Source: Tubulanus polymorphus
Lineage: Eukaryota > Animalia > Nemertea
DNA length: 64,000 bases
Assembly: GCF_964204645.1 (NCBI RefSeq)
Contig: NC_134035.1
Location: 124,001 to 188,000 of the forward strand
Direction: 5' to 3'
Numbering within the stretch: position 1 is the first letter of the stretch; each line of letters starts with the position of its first letter. The position numbers and the translations under genes are program-made. Of this stretch, positions 52,221 through 64,000 are shown in pieces. The notes below the pieces were generated by a model. That model did no database searches. It was not told the origin of the DNA and saw nothing but the letters and a program-made list of their open reading frames with translations.

Positions 52221-54364
52221 ATTATTGTAACGGTTTTTATGGCCTCCAAAATACCACGATAAGATATAAACTTAATGGAATACAGATATTACAAATAACC
52301 ACTATTCGAACTGGTTGAATTAAACATAGCTTTGGAGTCAGTTACTCAAAGTTTGATTATATATTTCTGAATTGGTCGCACAATTCTTGGCTAATAAAAT
52401 TGAAATCAAAATGAATCATTTGTTCAAACGTCAGATGATATACAGCTGTTGAAATAATGAAGTTTTGTCACCTGGTTAACTTTACAAACTTATGAACAAT
52501 GATGACCTCTAAGTACTAAACTTACCCGATATACAGAATCAAACCAAATATGAGTACTATATACAAATGTATTAATGTCCAGATTATTCACTGATATCGT
52601 TCTAATCACTCTAACAAATAAACACTCCAATACTATATATTCCTACTGTGTATATACATTTCAACATTTCACAACCCAATCAGGAAAAAACTTTCATGAG
52701 TTTGGAATTCACCAAAACCGCAATCATCCATATAAGGTTATATCCTGGTCACTGGTAGCGAGATAAAAGGAGAAAAAAAAACAATGCCTCCGCACCACAA
52801 GATATAAAGCAGCCTCAGTCATAGCTCAATACGATGTATTATTTTAATTAGGTTATAGCTTCACTAAAAACGAGACGATTTTTCCGGTAAAACGACCGTC
52901 AATAAATGATGGGAAAACGACAATCCTAAATAGAACGACGGTGCAGTTTAATTTAGGAGTGAAAATTGAAACAGATGGTGAATTATCTCTGCTTACATAA
53001 CGCTATCTCTCTCTCTCTCTTGTTCCATTAGAGACAGGTTTTTTTAAACAAGCCATTATAGTAAATAGAAATGTGTGCCAGCTCTGCTAAAAAGATTAGA
53101 TTTCTCGAGGAGAGATCTCGTTTTCTTCCTATACATTGTAAAAGCGTGAACACGAAGCATTGTGTTTGTGTCGTTTCTGTATCACACATTAAACTCAGAC
53201 AGACTGACTGTAATTACTAGAACAGGTGGCAAATATATCTACTAATGTTTTATGTATCATCTATATGTATTTTTGTTCTGGGATATAAACTAGCACTAAG
53301 ATATAGGCCTTAGACCGGTATTCATTCTTCTACCCTTTCTACATCCAACTGGTTGTATCACTCATCTTTGTTCTATAGCCAATCTTACAACGTCAGACCA
53401 GTCTAAACATTTAAGATCGCTTTTGGACTTTAAATCTGCAACTGGCCCATGAAGTTTTAGGAAACGCCTTATGTCTTGTAATCGACTCAGAGATTACTGT
53501 TTAACCCGGATGTTTGTGGAATATTTTCCGAATGAGATATCACTATCACGACAAATGGTCCTAAAAGATCCGACTGACTCAAGCCGAGTGAACTGTACAT
53601 CGGGGTAAAGGCTATAATCCGGTAATATTTTTATTTTGTGTGTTTGTAGACGGGGCTGATAGACAGACGGACAGATGATGATGCAGCAGCCATTAGTCAT
53701 ATTCAAACAGAGAGCAGAAATAATCCGACATCCGACTGATCAAATCTTACTATTACTCAACTCAGAAACATTATCCCAGTATACAACAACAGCAGCAGCA
53801 GCACTCCCTAATCTCAATGTGGGATACCAGACCTCAAAATCAGATCAAATCCAGGCCAATCTTACAACAAATTCTCCAGGGGTAGTGCTGTCGTGATGAG
53901 GTCAGGTATCATCAAACAAAACATTTAATCCTATCTGGAGAATTTCAGGGCTTAGATTATTGGAAATAAGTTCAAGTTCATATATGGGTATAAGACTGAC
54001 AGCTCAGTTTATAAGGGGGGGGGGTGGCTGTATTTTAGTATTTTTAGTCGATATGTAATCAATCAATCAGCACACACTGAACGGAGCATGGATCATGCAA
54101 TACCAACAAGCAGGATACTCTGTATACATAAATAATTGATCAACTTGTCATTCAAAAACAGTTATCGCAAAATATGAACTTAATTATACACGACAATAGA
54201 GAGAAACAGGGAGAGGGAGAGGGAGAGGTGAGGGAGAGGTGAGGGAGGGAGAGGTGAGGGAGAGAGGGAGAGGTGAGGGAGAGGTGTGAGGGAGGGAGAG
54301 GTGAGGGAGGGAGAGAGAAATCTAAACCTAGAGACCTATTCAACCTAGATGACAATAAACTCAC

Positions 54365-54441
54365 GTATATTCACAGCGGTATCAACTCTCAAACAAACAT
54401 CGACTTTTGGCAAATTTTCGCAAAAAGGTTACCATGGAAAC
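54365..54441 (-). promoter_or_regulatory. RFX X-box (GTTACCATGGAAAC, 54428-54441) directly upstream of a candidate non-coding first exon
   Basis: Near-palindromic X-box consensus; gtgagt donor at 54359-54364. Confidence 0.55.
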
Positions 54442-55128
54442 GGACAGAAAAGACGACCGTGGGTATCTGTGACAATAGTGAACGGCGACGTTGATGGCGG
54501 TGATGGCGGTGATGGCGGTACGATGAGAAATATCAATCTCTATAAACTGTGCTCTATATACAAAATCCTATCCATACCTCATCAAATTGTTTCCGGTTTT
54601 CATAAACTCATCAAATAAATAAATGTCTCTGATATTTCCAGGTTTCAGGCAGATGATGACCCTAGGACTACCCTATAATCCACTATATATCACCGGTAAT
54701 GTATATATCGCATTGAATGTATGACCCGAGTAAATTGTATTCACTGATAAATAGGTAAATAAGATAATATAAAGAGATGGTCTATATTACATGTCACTAA
54801 TAGGGTCTATATACCTCGCTTGTTATAGATAGATAAGTAAAAAGGGAAAGTTTTATGACAACATTATTAATAGAAATGACTATTATTAAAGTTAATTAAA
54901 ACATTCCTCCAAAAAGGGTAATTTTCATACCTGTATTCTATCAGTCCATTTCATCCATAAACATCAATATTTGGAATGTTTACCTTTTATTTTCGAGTTT
55001 TATTTGGATCTGTTATTGGCTGTCAGTTCCTAGTGGAGGAACAGGGATAAAATGGATAGGAGGAAATTCCTTTCACTCCATCGATCAAACCTCAATACAA
55101 CTGTAAACAACTGTGACGTGTGAAGTTC

Positions 55129-55340
55129 GAACCCACTGGGGTAAACAAATCAAACCCACTGGGGTAAACAGGTCAAATCCACTGAGGTAAACAGGTCAAA
55201 TCCACTGGGGTAAACAGGTCAAATCCACTGAGGTAAACAGGTCAAATCCACTGAAGTAAACAGGTCAAATCCACTGAGGTAAACAGCTCAACCCCACTGA
55301 GGTAAACAGGTTAACCCACTAGGGTAAACAGCTCAACCCC
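55129..55340. repeat. about 23-bp minisatellite, about 9 copies
   Basis: aaatccactgaggtaaacaggtc. Confidence 0.93.
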
Positions 55341-57369
55341 TACAGTAGGTCTAGTAGTACACGGTGAAACCCACTTGGGAAGTGACCACAGCAAACCCAC
55401 TACATGAATCTTGCCAGTATATTAGGATACACTGCATGAATTCCGCCAGTCAATTTTTGTCATTTTATCCTATATTTCAAACGTCCTTATCCAAATATGA
55501 AGGTTACTATAGCAACGCATTCAATGCTTTCTAATTGTGTCCCCGATGAACAAAAGTAGTTCACAAATTCAAGAGCATTTGAACTGAACGACAGGAAATA
55601 CCGGTAATTATCAGAGGTATTTGAATACCGGTAATTATTTGAAATATAATTTTCTAGCAAATTGAATATCAAATTGAATTGTACCGAAACCACCTATCTC
55701 TATAAATGTATGGAATGTGTGATGATTTTGTAGTGGAGAAACTTCTTCTCGATCAGTGACATTTCTATTTACAATTAATGTGAACAGATGTGCCTCCAAT
55801 TACAGAAACTTTCATCCATGAAATATTCAATAAATCATCATTATCCTCTCCATAAACTATCGACATAGTTGATAATAATAACATTTCTGCTGCTGTTAAT
55901 GGCGATAAAATACGAACTTTGTAACAATTCCTGAGTGATAAACAGATAACAGTTTGTTATATAATCATCTACCGGTTCAAAAATATACCACACCATATTC
56001 CATATTTGGGGTTGTATTGTAATCAATGCTAAGCCGGCTCGTAGCGCGGGATTGAGACAAACCACCCAAAATCCGAAAAAAGGTTTTGAAAAAATGAATT
56101 TGCAGAAATGAATGCCAGGCTCGTCCTATATGTGCTCCCGATCTTATAGGCTGCAGGTACCTTAGAACTGGCATCGAACTCAAGCCTTGAATTGCGAACC
56201 GACTTCAGTGCTGTCATCACAAGGCACTGTTTTTACCTTCAAGTGCAATTTCAAAAAGATCCACCAAAAAAGTCGAACTGCCATTAGAATTAGTTACGCA
56301 ACGAGCCTGATGCTGATACAGTCATACGGTCGCTGCAGTTGGGACGATCATTACGTCAATGAGACTTGCACTTATACAAATTGAGTCTTGCGATGACATC
56401 AGTTTAAATTGAATCAAGTTTAATGACTATTTTACTGAGATTGAAAATGTCTGTAGTTTTTCCTGATATATGAATAAAGTGATCTACTTTCACTGACTAA
56501 TCTAGCTAGACATACACGGAGAGAATGTGGTGAATAATTCCTTCCAGAAACTGTAAATAAATCACCACTTCAACCTCAAAGGGCTAGACCGGTGTGGCAT
56601 GTTCAAAATTTCCCAAATTCCATTAACTTTTAATTCAAGCTTCAAACAAACTATAGGCTTCTGATTGAGTTTCGCTATAGCTAGAGTCGTAGACTGGGTC
56701 TAGTGCTGCTGCTGGTGAATAACCATCATTTTGCACACCGGTAAAAATAATCGATATTCTAGATACAGGCAGCATCCATCTATTTCACACAATCTCAGAA
56801 TGGAACTCCCAATTATCACATGGATGCGATGGAGCAGAAAAGCTGATGTTCAAAATGAAAAAAACGGAGAGCACAGATCGAGACCTACCTCAGTTAGATT
56901 AGTTATAGAAATCCAGCTATTGTGCTCACGAAATGAGGGCAACTGTCAAAATTGTCTTCACTTATAGACGACCGACTCAGACTCTCCGCGCAGCGAGGGA
57001 TTACTCATCAATAGAGAGTAACACAATAGCAGTCAGCAGGTGCTGCTCTCTACATCCAGTCCACACAACTAGGGCTTCTCCATCAATAACATCATCGTCA
57101 TCCATCCCGCGCCGCCTCTTTTCACGAGCGCGTAAAACCGTTCACTATCCCATTTATTTAAAGGAACTTTATAAAAGTGCACAATTTTTTAAAGAACAAA
57201 TCTGGAAAGGGCACGATTAGCACTCAAAAAACCAAATTTTGGTTTCAAATTCCATCCTCTGGAAATGTGTTTCTCCAGAACTATTCAATTTGCCCTAAAA
57301 ATCACTGACCCCGAAACAAACCCTTTACAACAAATTCTAGTACAAGAAAAAATTCTTTGAAGTGCTTAC

Positions 57370-57383
57370 CTGAGTCCCATCAT
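57370..57383 (-). CDS. candidate alternative first coding exon (MMGL-S/R), phase 2
   Basis: ACC-ATG context, donor CAG/gtaagc; phase 2 fits the 46399 or 42526 acceptors. Confidence 0.5.
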
Positions 57384-58665
57384 GGTGTCTTGTTTCAAAA
57401 AGTTGATAATCAAAATAGTTCATAGAATATAATTCGCTCACAGTCGAGATTGAATAAGGCCTACTGTAGAATCAATTCATAAACCTATAAAATAAATAAA
57501 TCTCCAGAATAACCACAAAAGCTCAGGATCCGGTCCCACAGTAAAAAAAGTGAATAAAAAATTCCAGAGTTGAAAACTAGTAATAACTTGATTTTAACTC
57601 TAACTTCAACTTTGGAACTGGATCCTGAAATAAACCGAACGTTAATAAATGCTAGAAACTTTTAGAAGTAAATGATTTGACCAGTATTTGATCCAGACAA
57701 ATATATTCAAACCTTTACTTCCATACAGTGAGAGAGAGAGAAGAATAGTGACTAATACACTTGATAAATTTGCTCTAAGGGTAAACATGCTGTCTAAGCA
57801 CAGGTATAAGGCAAGAATATGCAAGGACAGTCACAAGTTCAATAAAACTGGTTTCTCGTTTATTTTAGGTGTTGGTGTAAAATGTGCAGATTGGAATAAC
57901 TTGTATTTGGCACAGTTTTGTCAGCGTACACACAAGTCAAACTGTATTTACTAATTATACTATCACACAGCCACAAATAAATTTGAATTTAAACAGTGAC
58001 ATTTTTGACAGAAATTCCTATTAGAATCTCAAACAATGAATTCAAATAATCCACATGGATCATGAGGGTTGTAGGTGAAAATCCACTTCAAGTCGAATTT
58101 CACATGACATCTACCATTTATTCGTCTCTCAATTCGCTCATGTTGATTAAGAAAGAAAATGAAGATTTCACAATTCTTACAATTTACACTGAAGAGAAAA
58201 CATTTCATTATAAGCATAGAGATCAAATTATATTCACTGACAGTAACAAGGACTTTTAATAATAATTGTAGCCTATTTAACTCACTAAACTTTATAAAAA
58301 TTATCAAAGTTAATTACCCCACGTGATTGTGAAACTCCAACCAGCCCGGATTTGTTTCCACATTTAAAGTGTTCCACAATCCTAGCCCCCGGACTACCTA
58401 GTAGGTGGGACACAACACTCCTTTTTGAAAAACTATGATTAAAACAGGCGGATGGAGGACATTGTTTTTATGATGGATGTTTTTGGTGTAATCTTGGCGC
58501 CGGATGATGCACCAAAGAAAGAAGCTTCATATAATACTGTAAAAAACCAATTCATATTCCGCGGGGGTTATTCATGTGCTTTTTTTAGTTCACAAAAATT
58601 CCGCTACTGTTATTCACTTGAGGGGGCCCGGAATACGAGATGAATTCCACATGTACGTACCGCAG

Positions 58666-59073
58666 AGGCGCTTTTACGAAACTGAATCTTTGTAAATCGA
58701 TTTAAGTTTCACGTTTACGGCTCGCGGTTTAGTGAATCGGATTTGGTAAATCAACTCGTTTATGGACGCAGTTTAGTAAACTGATTTATTAAATCAACTA
58801 ACTTGCTCGGCGAGCAAGGGTAGTGGCGATTTAGTCAGTGAAATCCAACATGGCGTCCTCTTCGACCGCGGGCTAAAGACATCTATTGCAGACCATCATC
58901 TATCAATAATTCGGTCACCATTGACGCCCATTTTCTTTTGAATCGCGACCTTTAAATTGATAAATTGATTCGACTCATTTACGATAAACGATTCGATTTA
59001 CTAAACCTTTTGTTTTCCGACATCGAATCGGATTTAGCTAAACCGAATCAGATTCAATTTCGTAAAAGCGCCT
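58666..59073. mobile_element. PIF/Harbinger-like MITE, about 24-bp TIR, 3-bp TSD CAG
   Basis: aggcgcttttacgaaactgaatct ... agattcaatttcgtaaaagcgcct; CAG on both flanks. Confidence 0.85.
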
Positions 59074-60113
59074 CAGAATGCATCATTCAGTACCGGTCAT
59101 GGGACAGGTAACCAGTCTACTATTCGTATAGACTGGTGGCCGGTCTCTACTTATGGCGTTTTTATTTAAGCAACTCGAATCAACACGGATCGAATCGCCC
59201 ATTTATTTAAGCAGCGCTTTTAGAGAGCGGTTGATCCCATCCTCCATTTTCGATGCATGTCAAACATGTCAGTATCGAGTTACTTTCGGGTAAAAATGGC
59301 GTCTCATCGAATAAGCGAAACTGAGAGTAATATCAAAATCGCGCTGGAATGATTGATTACAGTAAATCAGCTGATAATCTATGAATCGTAAATGTAATGA
59401 GCAAACAAACGGAAATTTAAAGACCGAAGAAAAGGCATTAATTGCTGTGAGTATCGAATTAATCCGCTGATATTACTCGGAATTCAAATAGTCACTACTG
59501 AATTGATACTTATTAATTTTGTAGGTAAGAAAAAGGGATCAGCTGTAGTCGTCCTGAGGGAACTTGGCTGAAGGGCGACATGGTTTCTTTGTCAACCATA
59601 TGTAAAATATATTCACTCAATTGTTGTGTTTCTGATGATGTGAAAATGACTAAAGTCTGAATAAGGTTTACAATAGTTTGAACTCCTTGTCAGTTTTTTG
59701 ATATCAGATATTTGGATCCAACGCGGCATCTCTACTTATATTCCTGATGATACAGACAGCAAGTTGGGATAGACCAGTAATTCAGATCAACTGGATATTT
59801 GCAATATGTTCCTCTCCTCATGGACCATACATGATTTTTGCTAGAAATTGAGTATAAAATCCATCACGACAAACTCTTTTTTACTGGCAATTCTATATTT
59901 ATTGTCCACTTTCTAGTACAAAATCTTATTCAATATACAGACTGCCTGACAAGACGGTGACATATGTATTTTGTGACATTGCAAATTGTGTGACAACAGA
60001 ATGATACTGATATCTCTAACTCAACTCGAATCACAAAGACCAAATCTTGACCAGAAGAAGGCCTAAATCCAATCTCAATTCGAATTGCATGCTTGTTCGT
60101 GTTAATAAATTCC

Positions 60114-60274
60114 AGGGCCCGGTTTCATAGACCGAGTATCAAAGTTATCCCTAGGGGTAAATCCTCAATCTGGGTGACAACCACCATAGTTATAATGAGA
60201 AACCATGGTAATAACAGACAAATTTCAAAATGTTCCCAGGGACTATTTTTCTTCCACATCTATGAAACCCAGCC
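60114..60274. mobile_element. Harbinger/Tourist-like MITE; degenerate relatives at about 11378-11575, 15596-15843, 17405-17525, 20713-20795, 57527-57625
   Basis: gggcccggtttcataga ... tctatgaaacccagccc; relatives share ccagttccacag / ctgtggaactgg ends. Confidence 0.6.
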
Positions 60275-60481
60275 CAGCTCTTTAAACCTCATCACTATCA
60301 GAATCTAGGAGTTTCACCACTTGTTATTTGGAATCTAATTTCATGATGATTAATGCTGGATTCGTTAATCTCTTTGATTCGTGATTGAGGTTACTTTCTG
60401 AAATTAAACCGATATAGATATACTAACAATTAAACCTGGATTGACTTTTCAATTTATGTTTCATCCGTTTTTCAAACTTAC

Positions 60482-60511
60482 CATGATACAACAACAATTC
60501 ATTCTGTGCAT
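60482..60511 (-). CDS. candidate alternative first coding exon (MHRMNCCCIM), phase 0
   Basis: Donor ATG/gtaagt at 60476-60481; ten open codons including three consecutive Cys. Confidence 0.4.
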
Positions 60512-61310
60512 GTTGAGCTCATTCAATTTAATAAGTATATAACTTCTAATTCTTAAGAAAACCTGAGTTGTATCTCAGAAAATCAACATCAGAACACACA
60601 CAATGCCCTACAATAGACAATCAACAGAATATTTGTAAATAAGTATTCATTTACTGTTCACAAGTTTTAATAAAAGACATTGAAGTGAAGTAAGTGAAGT
60701 TACCTGTCGTATAGGCTAATATTTTTACCACACTGAATTGACTGCTAATATCTAATGTCACATTCAGCATAATCAATCAGTCATCTTAAGTGAACAAACA
60801 AATTGCCGGTGTCGTGGCCTCTGCTGCATGGCTGGTTCAGTTCAGTAAGTCAGTCAGTAGAAATTGGTTTTTCCATCTCAAGTTCGTCTGTATTGTTGTC
60901 GATTGACGACCGTTCCTTTGAGCAGGGTAGATTTTGATGGTGCTGTAATGGAGACATACTGCCTTGCATGTCGATATCTTCGAGGCCACACGCAGTACAG
61001 GTTCTCGCAGAAGCGTTACCTGATAGTTTTGGTCGAGTTTCTTTCTTCCATTGATGTAAAAATCGACTTTTGAGAGGTCCATGGAACGTAAGTCGAGACA
61101 CTATGTAGGCGGCCATGTTACATTGTTCATGTGATGAAATACTGAAATCTGATTGGATCCGTATATTCCGCGGAAGATGGCGGACGGGTTAAACCTGTCC
61201 TAATCTGACTGCGAATGCAGGTGGCGCAGAATTGGACAGGCGACCAGTCTAGATTACTCCGAACACTGTTGAAGGTAGAGACTGGCAACCAATCTACTTG
61301 CATGCCAGTG

Positions 61311-61406
61311 CTGTAACCAGAAAAAAATGCTCTGAAACTATTAAACTATTTAAGAAACAATTTTCTATGAAAGAATAAGGCTTAAGAGTAAATTTGAAGT
61401 CAAGTT
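61311..61406 (+). repeat. 96-bp dispersed direct repeat, second copy at 63905-64000
   Basis: ctgtaaccagaaaaaaatgctctgaaac...gaagtcaagtt is near-identical at both places. Confidence 0.92.
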
Positions 61407-61637
61407 CTCCCAATATTCGTTCGTTTGTTTGTTTATCCGCCCGGTGAGTTCTAACACTGCCCACACATATTTATCCAGTTCATCTGATCCTGATCATCAA
61501 ACTCCAATAATTCCATCCTAATGATGACAAACATCCTAAAAGATATAAATGAAACTTAATAGATTTGGGGCCACCAATCAGTTATACAGAGTTAGAGTTA
61601 AGTCTAGTTACCGGTGTATCAGAGAAATGGCAATCTA

Positions 61638-62950
61638 AGGTAGCCTACTCCCCAAAATGAGTGTCAGGGGTCAAATATTTTTTGTCTCCGATTTTGATGT
61701 CAAATATTCATTTAATTTTTAAGGTAGAAATTGATGCTCTTACTAAAACCCTGTATTATAATTCCTGCAACATAATTACAGGCTGCTTCAAATAACCACA
61801 TTGACAATTCTTATGAAATGCAGAAAACAGTGTTTACAGATAAACTGCTTTCTCATAATTGTTTTGGAAACTTATAAGAAATTCTACTCACACACTCACT
61901 AGCCCTTGTCTAGCAGTAATGGTAGTCCACCGAGTTCCACAAATCCACATACCGAGTTCCACACCTCCTGGAGTCCACCATTGACTGTTTTTTTTAGTAT
62001 CAATCCACTTATAGTCCGGTTAGTTGACTAAATAGTCCAGTTAGTTCACATATAGTCTGGTTAGTTCACTAGTAGTCCAGTTAGTTCACTTATAGTCCGG
62101 TTAGTTGACTAGAAGTCCAGTTAGTTCACTAGTAGTCCGGAAGAAGTTCACTGAAGAAGTAAAACTGTGATGAATTTCAGTTGAAGTCAACATCCAGTAT
62201 TCGTGATGAAGTTTACACGACAGCCCGAAGAAAACCTGAAATATAAAATTGAAATCACATTAACAGGAAGACTGACTGAGAGGTTGGGGAGGATGGGTGA
62301 AAAGAGAAGCAAACACAATAACTCAGGCTTAAGCAAAAATTTTCAGCAGTTTTCAGTCACACTGGATTAACAGATTCACGTTTTACACAAGAGCCCAGCC
62401 TGTGGCAGTAGGAGAAAGCTGTTGTAACTAACTGGTCGAGTCAGCTGGTCTTAACCTGCTGAACAAGATGTGGTGCTGGAGGAAGTTAAAGAACAGTTCA
62501 TCAAGATTTGTGAAACTATCCCCTGCACCATGTGCAATGCAAGCGGCTAGGGTAGTGCGGCCCGTGTAGGCTAGAAAGAGTTTTTTTTACACTGAGTGAG
62601 GTCCCTGTTAGTCTAGTACCTAGCCGTCGTTCCCCAAACAACCCGGAACCCGTAGTAACAACGACTGACTGATTCAGACTAAATTTGAGTAGGTCCCGGC
62701 CTCACTGACTGACACTGACTACTGTAGTAGTGAAGTGTCTGCGAAGTCGCTGGAGGAGTGAGGTCCCCCTAAACTGTGTGTACCTGATGAGGACATGAAA
62801 ATGAAATATCATGCATGAATTCTTATCTTTTTAACCAATATCAAAATTCGTACATTTAGAATCATCGCGGCTTTAAAGTCTTTATCAATTGAGGGAATAG
62901 TTCACTGTAAATAAAGAATTAGCGATTGAATTGAGCCCGCTCCACAGTAA
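61638..62950. mobile_element. truncated DNA-transposon-like sequence with internal minisatellite
   Basis: Begins taaggtagcctactcc, similar to Kolobok-type ends; no partner TIR found. Confidence 0.3.
62006..62150. repeat. 20-bp minisatellite, about 7 copies
   Basis: cacttatagtccggttagtt. Confidence 0.9.
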
Positions 62951-64000
62951 AAATAGCGCGATCAATTCAATCTCGACCGTCTAGTGCTGCCGCTATGTAT
63001 AACGATAGCGTGGAAAACGTGAACTAACATAATACTCGCTTGCCAGAGTCTTCGAACGGCAGGAGTGGACGAACTAATTACCGATTTGCGGGCCGGATTC
63101 CGAGGAAAATTCTCAAACTCTGAAAACTGCTCAGAAACGTTTGAACCAAACATTTGTTCTATAAAAGAATGAGCCTTAAAAAGTAAATTTGAATCGGGGT
63201 ATTTCTAGTATGGTCTGGGAGAGAGCGACAGGTGTTTGTATGTTCCCTGTTTATTTGCGCGCAAATAGAATATATCGAAGAAGAAATACGGAAATATTGT
63301 CAATTCAGATAATAAATCATCATTCAAAATGTAAATGAATAATTTATTCTGTATGTAAGTACTATATTCATTGATAAGTAAGTGAATTTTAGCTAAAAAG
63401 AATTAAATATGATACCTAAAAGATAAGGAAATATCATACAAAATTCAGAACGTATTCATGGTATCATATTTAATCAGAATTAGACGACACACTGGTCCGT
63501 TTTGTACGTAATAAGGACATTTAAATTCCGGCGGTAAATATGCGCTACTATTTTAGTTCACAGAAATTCCGCTATCGTTATTCGTAGGGGCAGCGCTGTA
63601 CGGTAACTATCTAACTCAGCCTCGCAATCTTACTGCGGCATGCGAGTAATACAGATATTTTTCTTAGCCGAATTTCGTTCATTATCTAATACGATTCCAT
63701 TGTATATGAATAATTCTACTATCGTTCAAGGTTTTTTGAAGGGCATCTTCTTTTTAAAACGAACTTTAAACCATTTTTGATAGAACTCTTTTGTCCGCGG
63801 AATCTATACGCATCCGGTAAAGCGGTAGGCTCACATGCCAAAGGAAGAATTTCAAGCAAATTAAATTTTATTCTCTAAAATAGTACATTCAACTACCACT
63901 AACACTGTAACCAGAAAAAAATGCTCTGAAACTATTAAACTATTAAAGAAACAATTTTCTATGAAAGAATAAGGCTTAAGGGTAAATTTGAAGTCAAGTT

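Noticed and set aside
60850-61116. THAP-like look of MAAYIVSRLTFHGPLKSRFLHQW
   Set aside because: Lacks the C2CH residues; the flanking imperfect IRs (59129 and 61296) have no matching TSD.

Overview
AT-rich eukaryotic (animal, probably invertebrate) genomic DNA; nothing here looks prokaryotic. Most of the window is one large spliced gene on the minus strand (about 60.5 kb down to about 5 kb, possibly continuing past the left edge), and the ORF track captures little of its structure. I chained exons by hand using GT-AG sites and reading-frame phase. The chain runs: start exon 51286-51104, an acidic 930-nt exon, four micro/mini-exons (17, 22, 48, 42 nt), a 6372-nt exon encoding a disordered region, two charged exons, an 18-nt microexon, and a canonical EPLIN/LIMD2/Xin-type LIM domain split over 16103-15982 and 12963-12890, followed by short 3' exons. 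The longest model is about 2,740 aa. The most notable feature is a set of alternative first exons that join this core in frame. Four encode N-termini resembling lipid-anchor signals (MGCIS..., MFKTICCQC..., MHRMNCCC..., MMGLSGLC...), one starts an AP-2/clathrin-motif isoform, and one gives a LIM-only mini-protein. Several candidate promoters carry RFX X-boxes. A second group of phase-2 first exons at 1-7.5 kb points to a shared exon left of the window. Introns contain MITEs (hAT-, Harbinger- and pogo-like), two tRNA-derived SINEs, LINE relics and about ten minisatellites. All exon calls are sequence-only predictions and need RNA-seq confirmation.
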